From: a bacterium
Lineage (GTDB): Bacteria; Patescibacteriota; Minisyncoccia; Phycocordibacterales; UBA6899
Length of the DNA stretch: 64,000 nt
Direction of reading: 5' to 3'
Assembly (NCBI GenBank): GCA_043756865.1
Contig: JAYUQG010000019.1
Location: 101,467 to 165,466 of the forward strand
Shown here: one piece after another, positions 35,401 to 44,664 of the stretch
How positions within the stretch are numbered: the stretch's first letter is position 1
Layout of the letters: each line of letters starts with the position of its first letter
Program-made: the position numbers and the translations under genes
Notes under the pieces: model-generated
Database searches by the model: none
Told to the model about the DNA's origin: nothing
What the model saw: the letters and a program-made list of their open reading frames with translations, nothing else

Positions 35401-35468
35401 GTGTTGATATTGATATTGATAGAGACGCAGCTTGCGTAGATTAATATAATGCAGGAAGTGTTGTGTGA

Positions 35469-36851
35469 CTATTGTGTCCTGTGTCCAATTTGGGGTACAA
35501 GGGCAACCGGCAATTCAACGTAAAACCTGGAACCCGCATTGTCATCGCCGTCTGCGAACGCACTCTTGTTTGTTATCCTGATCGGTGACTCAAACCAAAT
35601 CTTCCCACCCAAGAGGTATGTGGCGCGTTCCGCAATGAAAAGTCCAATACCTGTGCCGTCTGTTTTATAAAGCTTTGCATTGCTCGCCCGCACAAATTTC
35701 TCAAAAATTCTCGATTGCTCCGATATTGGAATACCAATACCCGTATCCTCAATTTCAATCCGAAACGTGTTGCTTTGTATTTTTAAGACAATAGTAATAC
35801 TCCCCCCCACTCCTGTGTACTCAATAGCGTTCGAGACGAGGCTTTGGATAATATTGTGTAATGAGTTTTTATCCGTCATCACGTGGAGTTCGTTTGGGTG
35901 ATTGTCAAAAATCAATTTCAACCCTTTCTTGTCGAGCAGTGGGCGGCATTCTTCGATATAGTTTCTAATAAAGCCAATAACCTCAATAGGTTCTTGAGAG
36001 AGTACCACTCGACCAGCTTCGATGCGTGACAAGTTCAGTAATAAATCCACCATTTCTGTGAGTCGTTTTGCAGACACATGGATATCATTCAGGTACTCTA
36101 CTCCCTTTGGCGTTAGTTTTTCTTTTTTAGTAAATCTCTCAATAACCCACTGAATACCGGTTAGGGGAGTACGAAGTTGATGTGAAGCAATTGAGATAAA
36201 TTCTCCTTTTATACGATCAAGCTCTTTTTCTTTCGTGGTATCTCGGAATACTTCAACCACGCCGATTAACTCGGTGCCCACGACGATGGGTGCGATGGTG
36301 AGTGATACCGGGAAAGATAACCCATCTTTGCGCTCAAATATCGCCGCTGTAGCAATCGCAGTTACCTGTGTTTGACCCTTAAGGATTTTTGTAGATAATC
36401 GTTCGGCATCGGGAATCCTTCTTCCGTTCTCATCCGACATATATACCATTTCAATCAGCGGTTGGCCCTTAACTTCAGACTCTCTCCAGCCCAGCATTTT
36501 CTCGAAAGCACCGTTTACCATGGTGATGTTCCCATCTCGATCAGTAGCAACGAGTCCGTCACCGATACTCGCGAGCACGGCAGCGTCCTTGGCTTTTGCT
36601 TCTATCAATTTCTCGCGCTCCTGTTCAAGGTCATCGAGTAGGTTCGTGGTAGCCTTGCGTGTACTCTTGAGCTCTTCCTGCTCACGCTCAAGATCTTCCC
36701 ATAGATTGAAGGACGCCCTGCGCAAGTCATCAAGCTCCGTGACCCGTTCGGCGAGTACTCGCGTGAGTGCGGAAACTTGCTGTTCTAGTGCACTTATTGG
36801 CGCACCAGGTGGCGACCCGATACCCTTTTTTTTCTTGTCTAATTTGGTCAT
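35469..36851 (-). CDS. Soluble sensor histidine kinase with an N-terminal coiled coil, PAS domain, HisKA and HATPase_c
   Basis: FISIASHQLRTPLTGIQWVIERF (H-box). DGTGIGLFIAERATYLLGGKIWFESP (G-box). No TM segment. The ATG at 36851 is preferred, since the track ORF starts at a TTG overlapping the upstream gene. Confidence 0.85.
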   Translation of the reverse strand: MTKLDKKKKGIGSPPGAPISALEQQVSALTRVLAERVTELDDLRRASFNLWEDLEREQEELKSTRKATTNLLDDLEQEREKLIEAKAKDAAVLASIGDGLVATDRDGNITMVNGAFEKMLGWRESEVKGQPLIEMVYMSDENGRRIPDAERLSTKILKGQTQVTAIATAAIFERKDGLSFPVSLTIAPIVVGTELIGVVEVFRDTTKEKELDRIKGEFISIASHQLRTPLTGIQWVIERFTKKEKLTPKGVEYLNDIHVSAKRLTEMVDLLLNLSRIEAGRVVLSQEPIEVIGFIRNYIEECRPLLDKKGLKLIFDNHPNELHVMTDKNSLHNIIQSLVSNAIEYTGVGGSITIVLKIQSNTFRIEIEDTGIGIPISEQSRIFEKFVRASNAKLYKTDGTGIGLFIAERATYLLGGKIWFESPIRITNKSAFADGDDNAGSRFYVELPVALVPQIGHRTQ

Positions 36852-36873
36852 TGCAAAATGTGCGGGATTATAC

Positions 36874-38073
36874 CTAGCCTTGAGTGCCGGACTTTGCCTT
36901 AAGTAGTGCAATTTCTTCTTTCAGCTCTATCATTTTGAGCTCTCGTCCCGTCATCATTTTGTTTAATTTTTCGAGTCCTTCTAGATATGCCGCAGCTTTT
37001 TTCTCAGCGAATTTTCTATCGCCGATATCTCGTATGTTGCATTGTATCATTTCTGTGCCATCAGTGAGCGGATAACGATTACTCACAAACTCAACCTGAT
37101 GTTCTAGGCCATCTTTTGACTTAATAGGGAGGTCGTCATAGCGTACATACCCTTTTGTCTGCAATTCCTCGAACATCATCTTGGCATACTTAATATCGGG
37201 AACCGCGCCGATTTCCCAGAGTTTTTTGCCAATTATTTCAGCTAGTGAGTATCCCATCAGTTCAAGTAAAAATGGGTTAGCGTCAACTATCTTTTCGGTT
37301 GCAGGGTCAATAAGCAGGACGCCATCTTTCGCGGTTTCAAAAAGTTTTCTATATTGTACTTCAGAAATAAGGAGCTTGCGTCGCACGCTTTCTTTCTCCT
37401 CCGCTGTTACTGCTAATTGTCGCGCGGTAGCCGCCAATTTGTTTCTCACGCTCTCTTTCTCCTTCGCAGCCGTCGCGAGTTTTCGGGCGGTAACTGCTAG
37501 CTTGCGTCGCACACTCTCTTTCTCGTCTGCAGTAGCCGCAAGTTTTTTTGCTTTAATATGCAGTTTTTCTGCGGTGATCGCAAGTTTGCGCCGCACACTC
37601 TCTTTTTCACCTGCCGTAACAGCAAGCTTGCGTGCAGTAACCGCAAGTTTGTTGCGCACACTCTCTTTTTCTCGAGCAGTGACGGCGAGTTGCCGTGCAG
37701 TAACGGCAAGTTTACGTCGCACGCTCTCTTTCTCCTTCGCTGTCACTGCAAGCTGTCGCGCGGTTACTGCAAGTTTACGTCGCACGCTCTCTTTCTCCTT
37801 CGCGGTCACTGCAAGCTGTCGTGCGGTTACGGCAAGTTTGTTGCGCACACTCTCTTTCTCCTTCGCGGTGACAACAAGTTTGCGTCGCACGCTCTCTTTC
37901 TCCTTCGCGGTCACTGCAAGCTGTCGTGCGGTTACGGCAAGTTTGTTGCGCACACTCTCTTTTCTCTTCGCGGTTACAACGAGCTTGCGTCGCACACTCT
38001 CTTTCTTCTCAGCTGTTACCTTGAGCTTGAGTGCGGTGCTATTTAAGGCCGTTGTGAAATTGTTTTTGTTCAT
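36874..38073 (-). CDS. Cytoplasmic protein with a tandem 21-aa repeat array (KEKESVRRKLAVTARQLAVTA, about 10 units), a PAS domain and a C-terminal coiled-coil signalling-type helix. No output domain.
   Basis: The repeat array covers aa 20-230. Then a PAS-like segment (LLIDPATEKIVDANPFLLELMGYSLAEIIGKKLWEIG). The C-terminus MTGRELKMIELKEEIALLK. Located between the ECF sigma gene and the HK gene. Confidence 0.7.
   Translation of the reverse strand: MNKNNFTTALNSTALKLKVTAEKKESVRRKLVVTAKRKESVRNKLAVTARQLAVTAKEKESVRRKLVVTAKEKESVRNKLAVTARQLAVTAKEKESVRRKLAVTARQLAVTAKEKESVRRKLAVTARQLAVTAREKESVRNKLAVTARKLAVTAGEKESVRRKLAITAEKLHIKAKKLAATADEKESVRRKLAVTARKLATAAKEKESVRNKLAATARQLAVTAEEKESVRRKLLISEVQYRKLFETAKDGVLLIDPATEKIVDANPFLLELMGYSLAEIIGKKLWEIGAVPDIKYAKMMFEELQTKGYVRYDDLPIKSKDGLEHQVEFVSNRYPLTDGTEMIQCNIRDIGDRKFAEKKAAAYLEGLEKLNKMMTGRELKMIELKEEIALLKAKSGTQG
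37375..38030 (-). repeat. Tandem 63-bp (and 42-bp variant) coding repeats of about 10 units
   Basis: cgcacgctctctttctccttcgcggtcactgcaagctgtcgtgcggttacggcaagtttgttg is reiterated with point variants. These generate the spurious plus-strand ORFs 37181..38122 and 37558..38046. Confidence 0.85.
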
Positions 38074-38087
38074 AATATTTTGGTACT

Positions 38088-38609
38088 TTATTGTTGCAAG
38101 GCAGGTTCATAGAGTAATTTAAGTTTTTCGAGTCCACGGTGTACCTGTACGGCTATGGCGTTCTTTGTTTGACCAGTACAGAGTGCAATCTCTGCAAGCG
38201 AGAGGTCTTCCACGTAGCGCATGTGCACAACCTTTTTATATCGTTCAGGTAACTGCGCTATCAAGAGCACCGCCGTCTCTCCATCTAATATGTCAAACAA
38301 CCGTGAGGAAAAACCGGTTGTTGGTTCGTATCCTTTTTCAATAAGCAAATCAAGCGAAACCGTTTTGCCTTTACGGTACTCGTCAATTACGAGATTGTTC
38401 AATACGTGGTAGAGAAAGGCCTTCATCAGGTCGATTCTCCCTCCTTTTACGAGGTATGCCCACGTTTTTAAGAATGTGTCTTGTACAAGGTCCTCACTCG
38501 TATCCCGATTGTTTGTCTTAAAGTAAGCATGAACCTTCATTCCTTTTCCGTAGTCTTGATGTGCTACGGTAAGTAACTTACGTTGTTTTATGGTTTGTAA
38601 TGGACTCAT
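38088..38609 (-). CDS. ECF-type RNA polymerase sigma factor (sigma-70 regions 2 and 4)
   Basis: DLVQDTFLKTWAYL (region 2). LPERYKKVVHMRYVEDLSLAEIALCTGQTKNAIAVQVHRGLEKLK (region 4). Confidence 0.85.
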   Translation of the reverse strand: MSPLQTIKQRKLLTVAHQDYGKGMKVHAYFKTNNRDTSEDLVQDTFLKTWAYLVKGGRIDLMKAFLYHVLNNLVIDEYRKGKTVSLDLLIEKGYEPTTGFSSRLFDILDGETAVLLIAQLPERYKKVVHMRYVEDLSLAEIALCTGQTKNAIAVQVHRGLEKLKLLYEPALQQ

Positions 38610-38728
38610 ACCTTTAGTTAGCTATTACAAGGAGCATAGTCCTCACCCATCTTAAGATGTAATAAGACAAATTTGATCAATTTTTAGATGAAAAAATGTT
38701 CTATAATTTCCTGAGAAAGTAGGGTTAT

Positions 38729-40075
38729 TTACGTATGTGCCCCAAGATAGAGCGGGTTTATTTTGAGTGACTGTGTCGTGAGTATGAAAAAATCCTTGAT
38801 CCCGGTTTCTACGGCAATATTTTTTCTAATCGCGTCGGCAATATTATAGAGCTTTTTCCAATCAAATCGCGCTTCCGCGTCCATTAGTTCAGAGATCTCA
38901 GAAAACTGCCAGTCATTCTGTGTTGCGTCGTCGTCATGAAAAATAACACGAAGTAAGCCGTATTGCCTGCTAAATTTTTGTATCTTTATCTCGCTTGCGC
39001 CGACATGGAGTATTCCATTTTCTTGATCAAACGAAGCGGTAGATACGGTTTCACCTCGTTCGACGTGTTTTGCGTCGCGTTTCATAAGGATCTTGTTCAG
39101 ATGTTCCAGCTCAGCGGTATTCGTCCGATAAAGGTCTTCGACGAGCTTAAGCTTTGTGACGTCAACGATAACACCCTGCACTGAGCGCTTCCCTTGGTAG
39201 ACAAACGGACTGGATGCTATTTCGACATCGCGCACTTCGCCACCAAGTGTGATGATTTTATACGGCACCAGCGGAGTATTGATATTTTCGGTTACCACCG
39301 CATTTATTTGCTTGCGCACTTGGTCATGAAAATCCTCGTGAATAAAATTCAGTAGAGGCTTTCCAATAATCTCTTCCATTTGCTGACATCCGAATAGTTT
39401 GACCGCGGCGGTGTTTAAGAATCGAAACGCGCCATCGTTGTGTACAAAAAGTGCGTGAGGGGAGAACTCTACGATTCTTTTATAGTGCTCCTCATTTTCT
39501 GCGATTATTCGTGCTGCATTGGCGTGTACGGAAATATCCACCCAAGAGCCAATAATTTCTGCAGTACTCTCGTCAGTGGCCTTGATATAGTTCGCACAAT
39601 CGATAAACCAATGATACGTCTCATCCTTGTGGAGCCAGCGATAGGTCATCTCAATAGCCTGCATACTTCCTTGCTCAAGTTGTATAAGCTTTTCAATAAC
39701 TTCGAGCTTGTCTCTGGGGTGTAGGCGGTCTGCCCAAAAAGTGCGGTCACGCCCAAAGTCATTGAACTCGAATCCGGTACTCTGAACGAAGTTTGGCCCC
39801 ATCCACAGCACCTCCCAGCCCCGCCTCTCGGTGTTGAATTTTTGCTTATAGAGCACCGCAGGAGGAAAATAAAATGTTTTCTGGTCCATTACCACAACCC
39901 CTTCTACTTTGTTGAGTTTTCCTTTTTTAACCATACTGGAGAGGATAGCACCTATATTTGTGAAACTATCATAAAAAATAGCCGACGACAATGAATTGCC
40001 TTGTGCGGGCACTGTCTTAAGAAAGTCTTTGTATTTCTTAAGAGTGGTACGGAATACGATTTGTTGTATGAACAT
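38729..40075 (-). CDS. Tandem PAS/PAC-domain protein without an output domain. The start is uncertain, with an internal ATG around 39934 possible.
   Basis: Two PAS-like blocks (MQAIEMTYRWLHKDETYHWFIDCANY... and HALFVHNDGAFRFLNTAAVKLFG...VPYKIITLGGEVRDVEI). The annotated 5' end overlaps the start of the divergent CAP gene. Confidence 0.6.
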   Translation of the reverse strand: MFIQQIVFRTTLKKYKDFLKTVPAQGNSLSSAIFYDSFTNIGAILSSMVKKGKLNKVEGVVVMDQKTFYFPPAVLYKQKFNTERRGWEVLWMGPNFVQSTGFEFNDFGRDRTFWADRLHPRDKLEVIEKLIQLEQGSMQAIEMTYRWLHKDETYHWFIDCANYIKATDESTAEIIGSWVDISVHANAARIIAENEEHYKRIVEFSPHALFVHNDGAFRFLNTAAVKLFGCQQMEEIIGKPLLNFIHEDFHDQVRKQINAVVTENINTPLVPYKIITLGGEVRDVEIASSPFVYQGKRSVQGVIVDVTKLKLVEDLYRTNTAELEHLNKILMKRDAKHVERGETVSTASFDQENGILHVGASEIKIQKFSRQYGLLRVIFHDDDATQNDWQFSEISELMDAEARFDWKKLYNIADAIRKNIAVETGIKDFFILTTQSLKINPLYLGAHT

Positions 40076-40682
40076 GCAACGAAAAGTGTTGAGTCACGGA
40101 ACAGCATATGGTGGGACACTCTTTCACCGCGCAATCATTATACTTGGTATATGCACAATGTTTGTAAGTGTTTTGCTTTTACACACAAACGTAGCAAGTG
40201 CCAGAACCGTGTACCAAACGCCCGATATTGACGCAGTCGACACACGCGACGGTTTTTCCCCGTTACACACTATTACTGTGGAGGAATTACTTGACCTCAC
40301 AAACAAGGATCGCGTGGATGCTGGACTTCCTGTGCTTACAATAAATCAGGAGCTCGTTAATTCGTCTGAACTTAAGGTAAAAGATATGGCAACGAGGGGG
40401 TACTTTGCTCACGTGACACCGGAAGGGAAAAGTCCATGGTATTGGTTTGCTTTGGCAGGATATAACTATCACTCAGCCGGCGAGAATCTTGCAGTAGATT
40501 TTATTGGTTCTTCCGCGATAGAAGATGCGTGGATGAAGTCACCAAGCCACCGAAAAAATATCCTGAACTCGAAATATACAGAAATTGGAATCTCACTTTC
40601 ATCAGGTTACTTCAAGGGTCGCCACACCATCTTTGTTGTTGAGCATTTTGGAAACCGACGGACGAGCCACTTTCAATTCTAA
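40074..40682 (+). CDS. CAP/SCP/PR-1-like (YkwD-type) domain protein with a signal peptide or N-terminal TM
   Basis: GYFAHVTPEGKSPWYWFALAGYNYHSAGENLAVDFIGSSAIEDAWMKSPSHRKNILNSKYTEIGIS. Paralog of 2689..3786. Confidence 0.75.
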   Translation: MQRKVLSHGTAYGGTLFHRAIIILGICTMFVSVLLLHTNVASARTVYQTPDIDAVDTRDGFSPLHTITVEELLDLTNKDRVDAGLPVLTINQELVNSSELKVKDMATRGYFAHVTPEGKSPWYWFALAGYNYHSAGENLAVDFIGSSAIEDAWMKSPSHRKNILNSKYTEIGISLSSGYFKGRHTIFVVEHFGNRRTSHFQF

Positions 40683-40869
40683 ATAATGTCGTAGCAGGAA
40701 TTTGCCCAAATGCATAAACGGGGTACAGTAAATGCAGAGGAAGGTCTGCAATGAAATGGGTCCCCACATGCTGGTAGCAATGTTGCTCAACAGAAAGGCA
40801 AAACACGCATATATTACACTCTTTCAACACACACTGTAATCAATTGGCTCCTGAAACGGCGATACGTAC

Positions 40870-41460
40870 ATGGATACCGCAAACACAAACACCGGGCATG
40901 GGCATAAACAAGAGGGGTCAGATTTTTTTGATCGCTTATGGGAAGAGAGCTGGACGCTCATCAAGACGGTTGTTGATGTCGTCAGAGAGCCCATGTTGAT
41001 ACTTGATAAAGAACTTCGCGTGATGGCGGCAAACGAGTCGTTCTACCGTACGTTTCAAGTGGAACAAAAAGACACTGAGGGCAAGATCGTGTATGAATTA
41101 GGAGACGGACAGTGGGGAATACCTGCGCTCCGCAAGCTTCTCGAAGATATTCTCCCCAAAAATACATTTTTTAAGGGCTTTGAGGTCGCTCATGATTTCC
41201 CGTCCATCGGACGCAAGGTCATGATACTGAATGGTCGGCAGATTCACTGCAAAGAGAACTCTACTTCAAAACTCTATTCGCCGATTATTTTGTTGGCACT
41301 GGAAGATGTCACTGATATGATGATGATTGCACAAAAGCTCGCAAATCACACAAATCAATTTGAAGAAAAAATAAGCGAACGAACACAATACACGGAAATG
41401 CAAATCAATAAATTAGAAAAAGAAATCAATGAGTTAAAAATGAAATCACAAAACTCCTGA
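40870..41460 (+). CDS. PAS-fold protein with a C-terminal coiled coil
   Basis: ILDKELRVMAANESFYRTFQVEQKDTEGKIVYELGDGQWGIPALRKLLEDI. C-terminus EKISERTQYTEMQINKLEKEINELKMK. Confidence 0.5.
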   Translation: MDTANTNTGHGHKQEGSDFFDRLWEESWTLIKTVVDVVREPMLILDKELRVMAANESFYRTFQVEQKDTEGKIVYELGDGQWGIPALRKLLEDILPKNTFFKGFEVAHDFPSIGRKVMILNGRQIHCKENSTSKLYSPIILLALEDVTDMMMIAQKLANHTNQFEEKISERTQYTEMQINKLEKEINELKMKSQNS

Positions 41461-41499
41461 TTAATCACTTAGCCGCTTAATTTATCATAAAAAATATAT

Positions 41500-42759
41500 A
41501 TGAAAATAATTCACACATCAGCACGTTTCTCAGTTTTAGTAGTTGGACTCATGCTTGGCTTTGCGGGACCAGTCGCTGTCTTTGCCGCAAGTCCTGCAGC
41601 TATCAATCTCGGCGCGGCAGGTAATTATGCTATCCTTGCAAAAACAGGTATCTCAACAACGGGCGCAACCGCAGTAGTCGGAGACCTTGGTATTAGCCCT
41701 GCTGCCTCAACGTACATTACGGGATTTGCACTCACTCTCCCTTCAGCGAGTGCATATTCAACCTCCGCGCTTGTCACTGGGAAGGTGTATGCACCAGGAT
41801 ACGCTGATCCGACTACGTCGAACCTGACAACAGCGGTGCTTGATATGCAAAATGCATATACTGATGCAATGGGGCGCGCAGCGGGCGTCACGGAGCTCGG
41901 AGCAGGCAATATTGGAGGACTCACCCTTACGTCAGGTGTCTACAAGTGGGGAACAGGAGTTCTTGTGCCTACAAACGTGACGCTTTCAGGCAGCGCAAAC
42001 GATGTATGGATTTTCCAAATCGCGCAAAACCTTAATCTGAGTTCAGGTGTGCAAATAGTGCTTTCGGGCGGTGCACAGGCGAGCAATGTCTTCTGGGCAG
42101 TTGCAGGTCAGACGACGCTTGGCACAACTGCGGTCATGAACGGAACCGTGCTTGATCAAACGGCAATTGTGTTGAATACCGGAGCAGTGTTAAATGGACG
42201 CGCGCTTGCTCAAAGCGCAGTGACACTTGATGCAAGCACGGTGACCCTCTCAAGTGCATCTGCAGTACCGGCTGTGCCAGCAACTCCTGCGACTCCCGCA
42301 GTGCCAACCGTCACACCTCCCGTATCGGCGACACCTGCTACTCCTGCAGTTTCAAGCAGTGGCGGAAGTTCAGTTTCATCACAAAGTGGAGTTGCCCCTG
42401 TTTCGGAAGAAGCAAAGGCACGTATGCAAGTGCAGATCGCAGAGCTTTCCGTCACACTTGAAGCACTTCGTGCCCAACGCACAATGCCTGCAGCTTCTGC
42501 ATTTGGACAACAAGTGCGCTCCATCGCGACTGACTTCAAAGTGGGAAGCAGGGGAGCAAACGTGAGTGTACTTCAGCGGTTCCTCATGGAACAGGGTAAG
42601 GGTTCTGCCGCTCGCGCACTTGCTACTCATGGTTCCACAACATACTTTGGTCCGCTCACGCGAGCCGCACTCGCAGAGTTTCAAGCAAGCGTCGGTATCA
42701 GCCCCGCACTTGGCAACTTCGGCCCTATTACTAGAGCATATGTCAGCACGCATTTCTAA
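41500..42759 (+). CDS. Secreted DUF3494 (ice-binding-like fold) protein with a Pro/Thr/Ala linker and a C-terminal PG_binding_1 domain
   Basis: Signal peptide. AINLGAAGNYAILAKTGISTTGATAVVGDLGISPAA...NVFWAVAGQTTLGTTAVMNGTVLDQTAIVLNTGAVLNGRALAQSAVTL. C-terminus GANVSVLQRFLMEQG...YFGPLTRAALAEFQASVGI. Confidence 0.75.
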   Translation: MKIIHTSARFSVLVVGLMLGFAGPVAVFAASPAAINLGAAGNYAILAKTGISTTGATAVVGDLGISPAASTYITGFALTLPSASAYSTSALVTGKVYAPGYADPTTSNLTTAVLDMQNAYTDAMGRAAGVTELGAGNIGGLTLTSGVYKWGTGVLVPTNVTLSGSANDVWIFQIAQNLNLSSGVQIVLSGGAQASNVFWAVAGQTTLGTTAVMNGTVLDQTAIVLNTGAVLNGRALAQSAVTLDASTVTLSSASAVPAVPATPATPAVPTVTPPVSATPATPAVSSSGGSSVSSQSGVAPVSEEAKARMQVQIAELSVTLEALRAQRTMPAASAFGQQVRSIATDFKVGSRGANVSVLQRFLMEQGKGSAARALATHGSTTYFGPLTRAALAEFQASVGISPALGNFGPITRAYVSTHF

Positions 42760-42783
42760 TCATTGTTCGATAACGCACATCTT

Positions 42784-44580
42784 ATGAATTACAAAAACAA
42801 ATTATTGACCTCGCTTGGTATTGCACTGCTCGTTGTGGTGTCAGGTCCACAGATTGCGAGTGCGGCATCAACTCCGTCACTCGGTACAGCTGGCACGTAC
42901 AGTATTCTCTCCAGCACTTTTACTCGTAATATTGCGGTAACAACCATTACTGGAAACCTTGGGTACACCACCTTAAGTGGTGGGGGGTCACACACGGTCA
43001 ATGGTATTACCAATACTCCTGCTCCTGCTCAATCGGGGATAGACCAGAATAGTGCATCAACTACTCTTGCTTCAGAGCCATGCACATTTACTTTTGCACC
43101 AGGAGCGATTGACCTCTCGACGGATACCACGCACGGTCCAATAGGAGTTTATACACCAGGAGTCTACTGTACTGCAGCATCGAGTGCCGCTTCAATCGGG
43201 ACAGCAGGGTTGACTCTCTCTGGCGCAGGAACTTATATTTTTAGGATCTTTGGCGCGCTCACTTCAGCAGCAAACTCGCAAGTCAGACTAGCTAATGGGG
43301 CATCATCGTGTGACGTTTTCTGGTCTCCCGCAGCTGCGACAACCCTTGGGGCAAATACCATATTCGTGGGTACGGTTATTGATGATGCAGGTATTACTGT
43401 TGGCAATACCACCTCATGGTTTGGACGAGCCTTGGCATTTGGTGGAACTGTAACGACTGACACAGATATTATTAACTCGTCTTGTATTACTGGCGCGTTC
43501 CCGAGCGCAGTACCTATTGCCACTATCAATGTTGTTAAAGTGGTCGTGAATGATGGCGGTGGAACTAAAACCGTTGCAGACTTTCCGCTCTTCGTTAACG
43601 GTACGCCGGTTTCTTCGGGTGTGACCAATACTTTTCCCGCACCTGCTCCTCGGTATCAGATCTCCGAAACGTACGATTCTTCAAAGTACTCACAGAGCTT
43701 CTCCGGTGATTGTGGCTTAAATGGTGGAATGAGCCTTGTCCCGGGTGACAACAAGTTCTGCATCATCACGAACAACGACATAAAAGCACCCATTGTTCCT
43801 GTTGTTCCGCCATTGATCAAGGTATTGAAGGTGGCCAGCCCCCTTTCCCTCCCGCTCGGCCCTGGACCAGTTACGTACACCTATACGGTCAAGAATATTG
43901 GAACGGTCCCAGTGACCAACGTCACGATGGTCGGTGACACCTGCGCTCCGATCATTTTAGTCGCCGGTGACGTAAATGCCGACTCAAAGATCGATGTGGG
44001 TACGACATGGACGTTTCGCTGCACCACAACACTCGCGAAAACACACACAAACACCGTCGTTGCGACTGGATGGGCGAATGGCATTTCCGCAGTTGATATT
44101 GCAAGTGCCACTGTTGTTGTTGGTGCACCAATAGTGCCACCACTGATACACATTACAAAGACTCCAAGTCAGTTCACACTTGGGGTCGGTGGGGGATTTG
44201 TAACATACACCAAAATGGTCCATAACCCTGGGACGGTCCCGCTTGCCAATGTTCGCCTCACGGACAATGACTGCAACCCAATTTCTGGCCCCTTCGGTGA
44301 CGCAAATAAGAACAGCCTACTTGACCCAAGTGAGTCATGGGCATACGCCTGCCGAACGAATCTCAGTAAAACAACAACTAACACTGTTTTTGTAACTGGC
44401 GAAGCCAATGGCCTGATCGCAAGAGACTTCGCGATTGCAACTGTCGTTGTTGCTGTGCCAAAATTGCCAAATACGGGAATCGCTCCTGATGAGCAAAACA
44501 TTCTATGGCCAATCTTGATTGGACTCTCCGTCTTTGCTGTGGGACTGCTCTCCATAGTTGGAATAAAAAAGGCACTATAG
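42784..44580 (+). CDS. Secreted DUF3494-like protein with three beta-sandwich repeats (VxNDGGGTxxxxDFxLxVNG type) and a C-terminal LPNTG sortase signal
   Basis: Signal peptide. SLGTAGTYSILSSTFTRNIAVTTITGNLGYTT...DVFWSPAAATTLGANTIFVGTVID. Repeats INVVKVVVNDGGGTKTVADFPLFVNG. C-terminus KLPNTGIAPDEQNILWPILIGLSVFAVGLLSIVGIKKAL (LPXTG, hydrophobic stretch, basic tail). The start is placed at the ATG at 42784, since the track begins at a TTG. Confidence 0.75.
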   Translation: MNYKNKLLTSLGIALLVVVSGPQIASAASTPSLGTAGTYSILSSTFTRNIAVTTITGNLGYTTLSGGGSHTVNGITNTPAPAQSGIDQNSASTTLASEPCTFTFAPGAIDLSTDTTHGPIGVYTPGVYCTAASSAASIGTAGLTLSGAGTYIFRIFGALTSAANSQVRLANGASSCDVFWSPAAATTLGANTIFVGTVIDDAGITVGNTTSWFGRALAFGGTVTTDTDIINSSCITGAFPSAVPIATINVVKVVVNDGGGTKTVADFPLFVNGTPVSSGVTNTFPAPAPRYQISETYDSSKYSQSFSGDCGLNGGMSLVPGDNKFCIITNNDIKAPIVPVVPPLIKVLKVASPLSLPLGPGPVTYTYTVKNIGTVPVTNVTMVGDTCAPIILVAGDVNADSKIDVGTTWTFRCTTTLAKTHTNTVVATGWANGISAVDIASATVVVGAPIVPPLIHITKTPSQFTLGVGGGFVTYTKMVHNPGTVPLANVRLTDNDCNPISGPFGDANKNSLLDPSESWAYACRTNLSKTTTNTVFVTGEANGLIARDFAIATVVVAVPKLPNTGIAPDEQNILWPILIGLSVFAVGLLSIVGIKKAL

Positions 44581-44664
44581 TCCGTCGATCTGTTTGCAAA
44601 TGAAGAAAAAAGAGAGCCAGATAAATTTGTCTGGCTCTTACGGCACGGCAAATATTAGAAATCT

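Noticed and set aside
37181-38122. Plus-strand ORFs 37181..38122 and 37558..38046, both with repetitive SFS/AVTAS-type translations
   Set aside because: They are antisense and frame-shifted readings of the 63-bp tandem repeat. The minus-strand gene has a coherent PAS domain and operon context.
44612-44640. Hairpin agagccaga..tctggctct between the LPXTG protein gene and the sortase gene
   Set aside because: No U-tract follows. It may be an attenuator or mRNA stability element, but the evidence is too thin to call a terminator.
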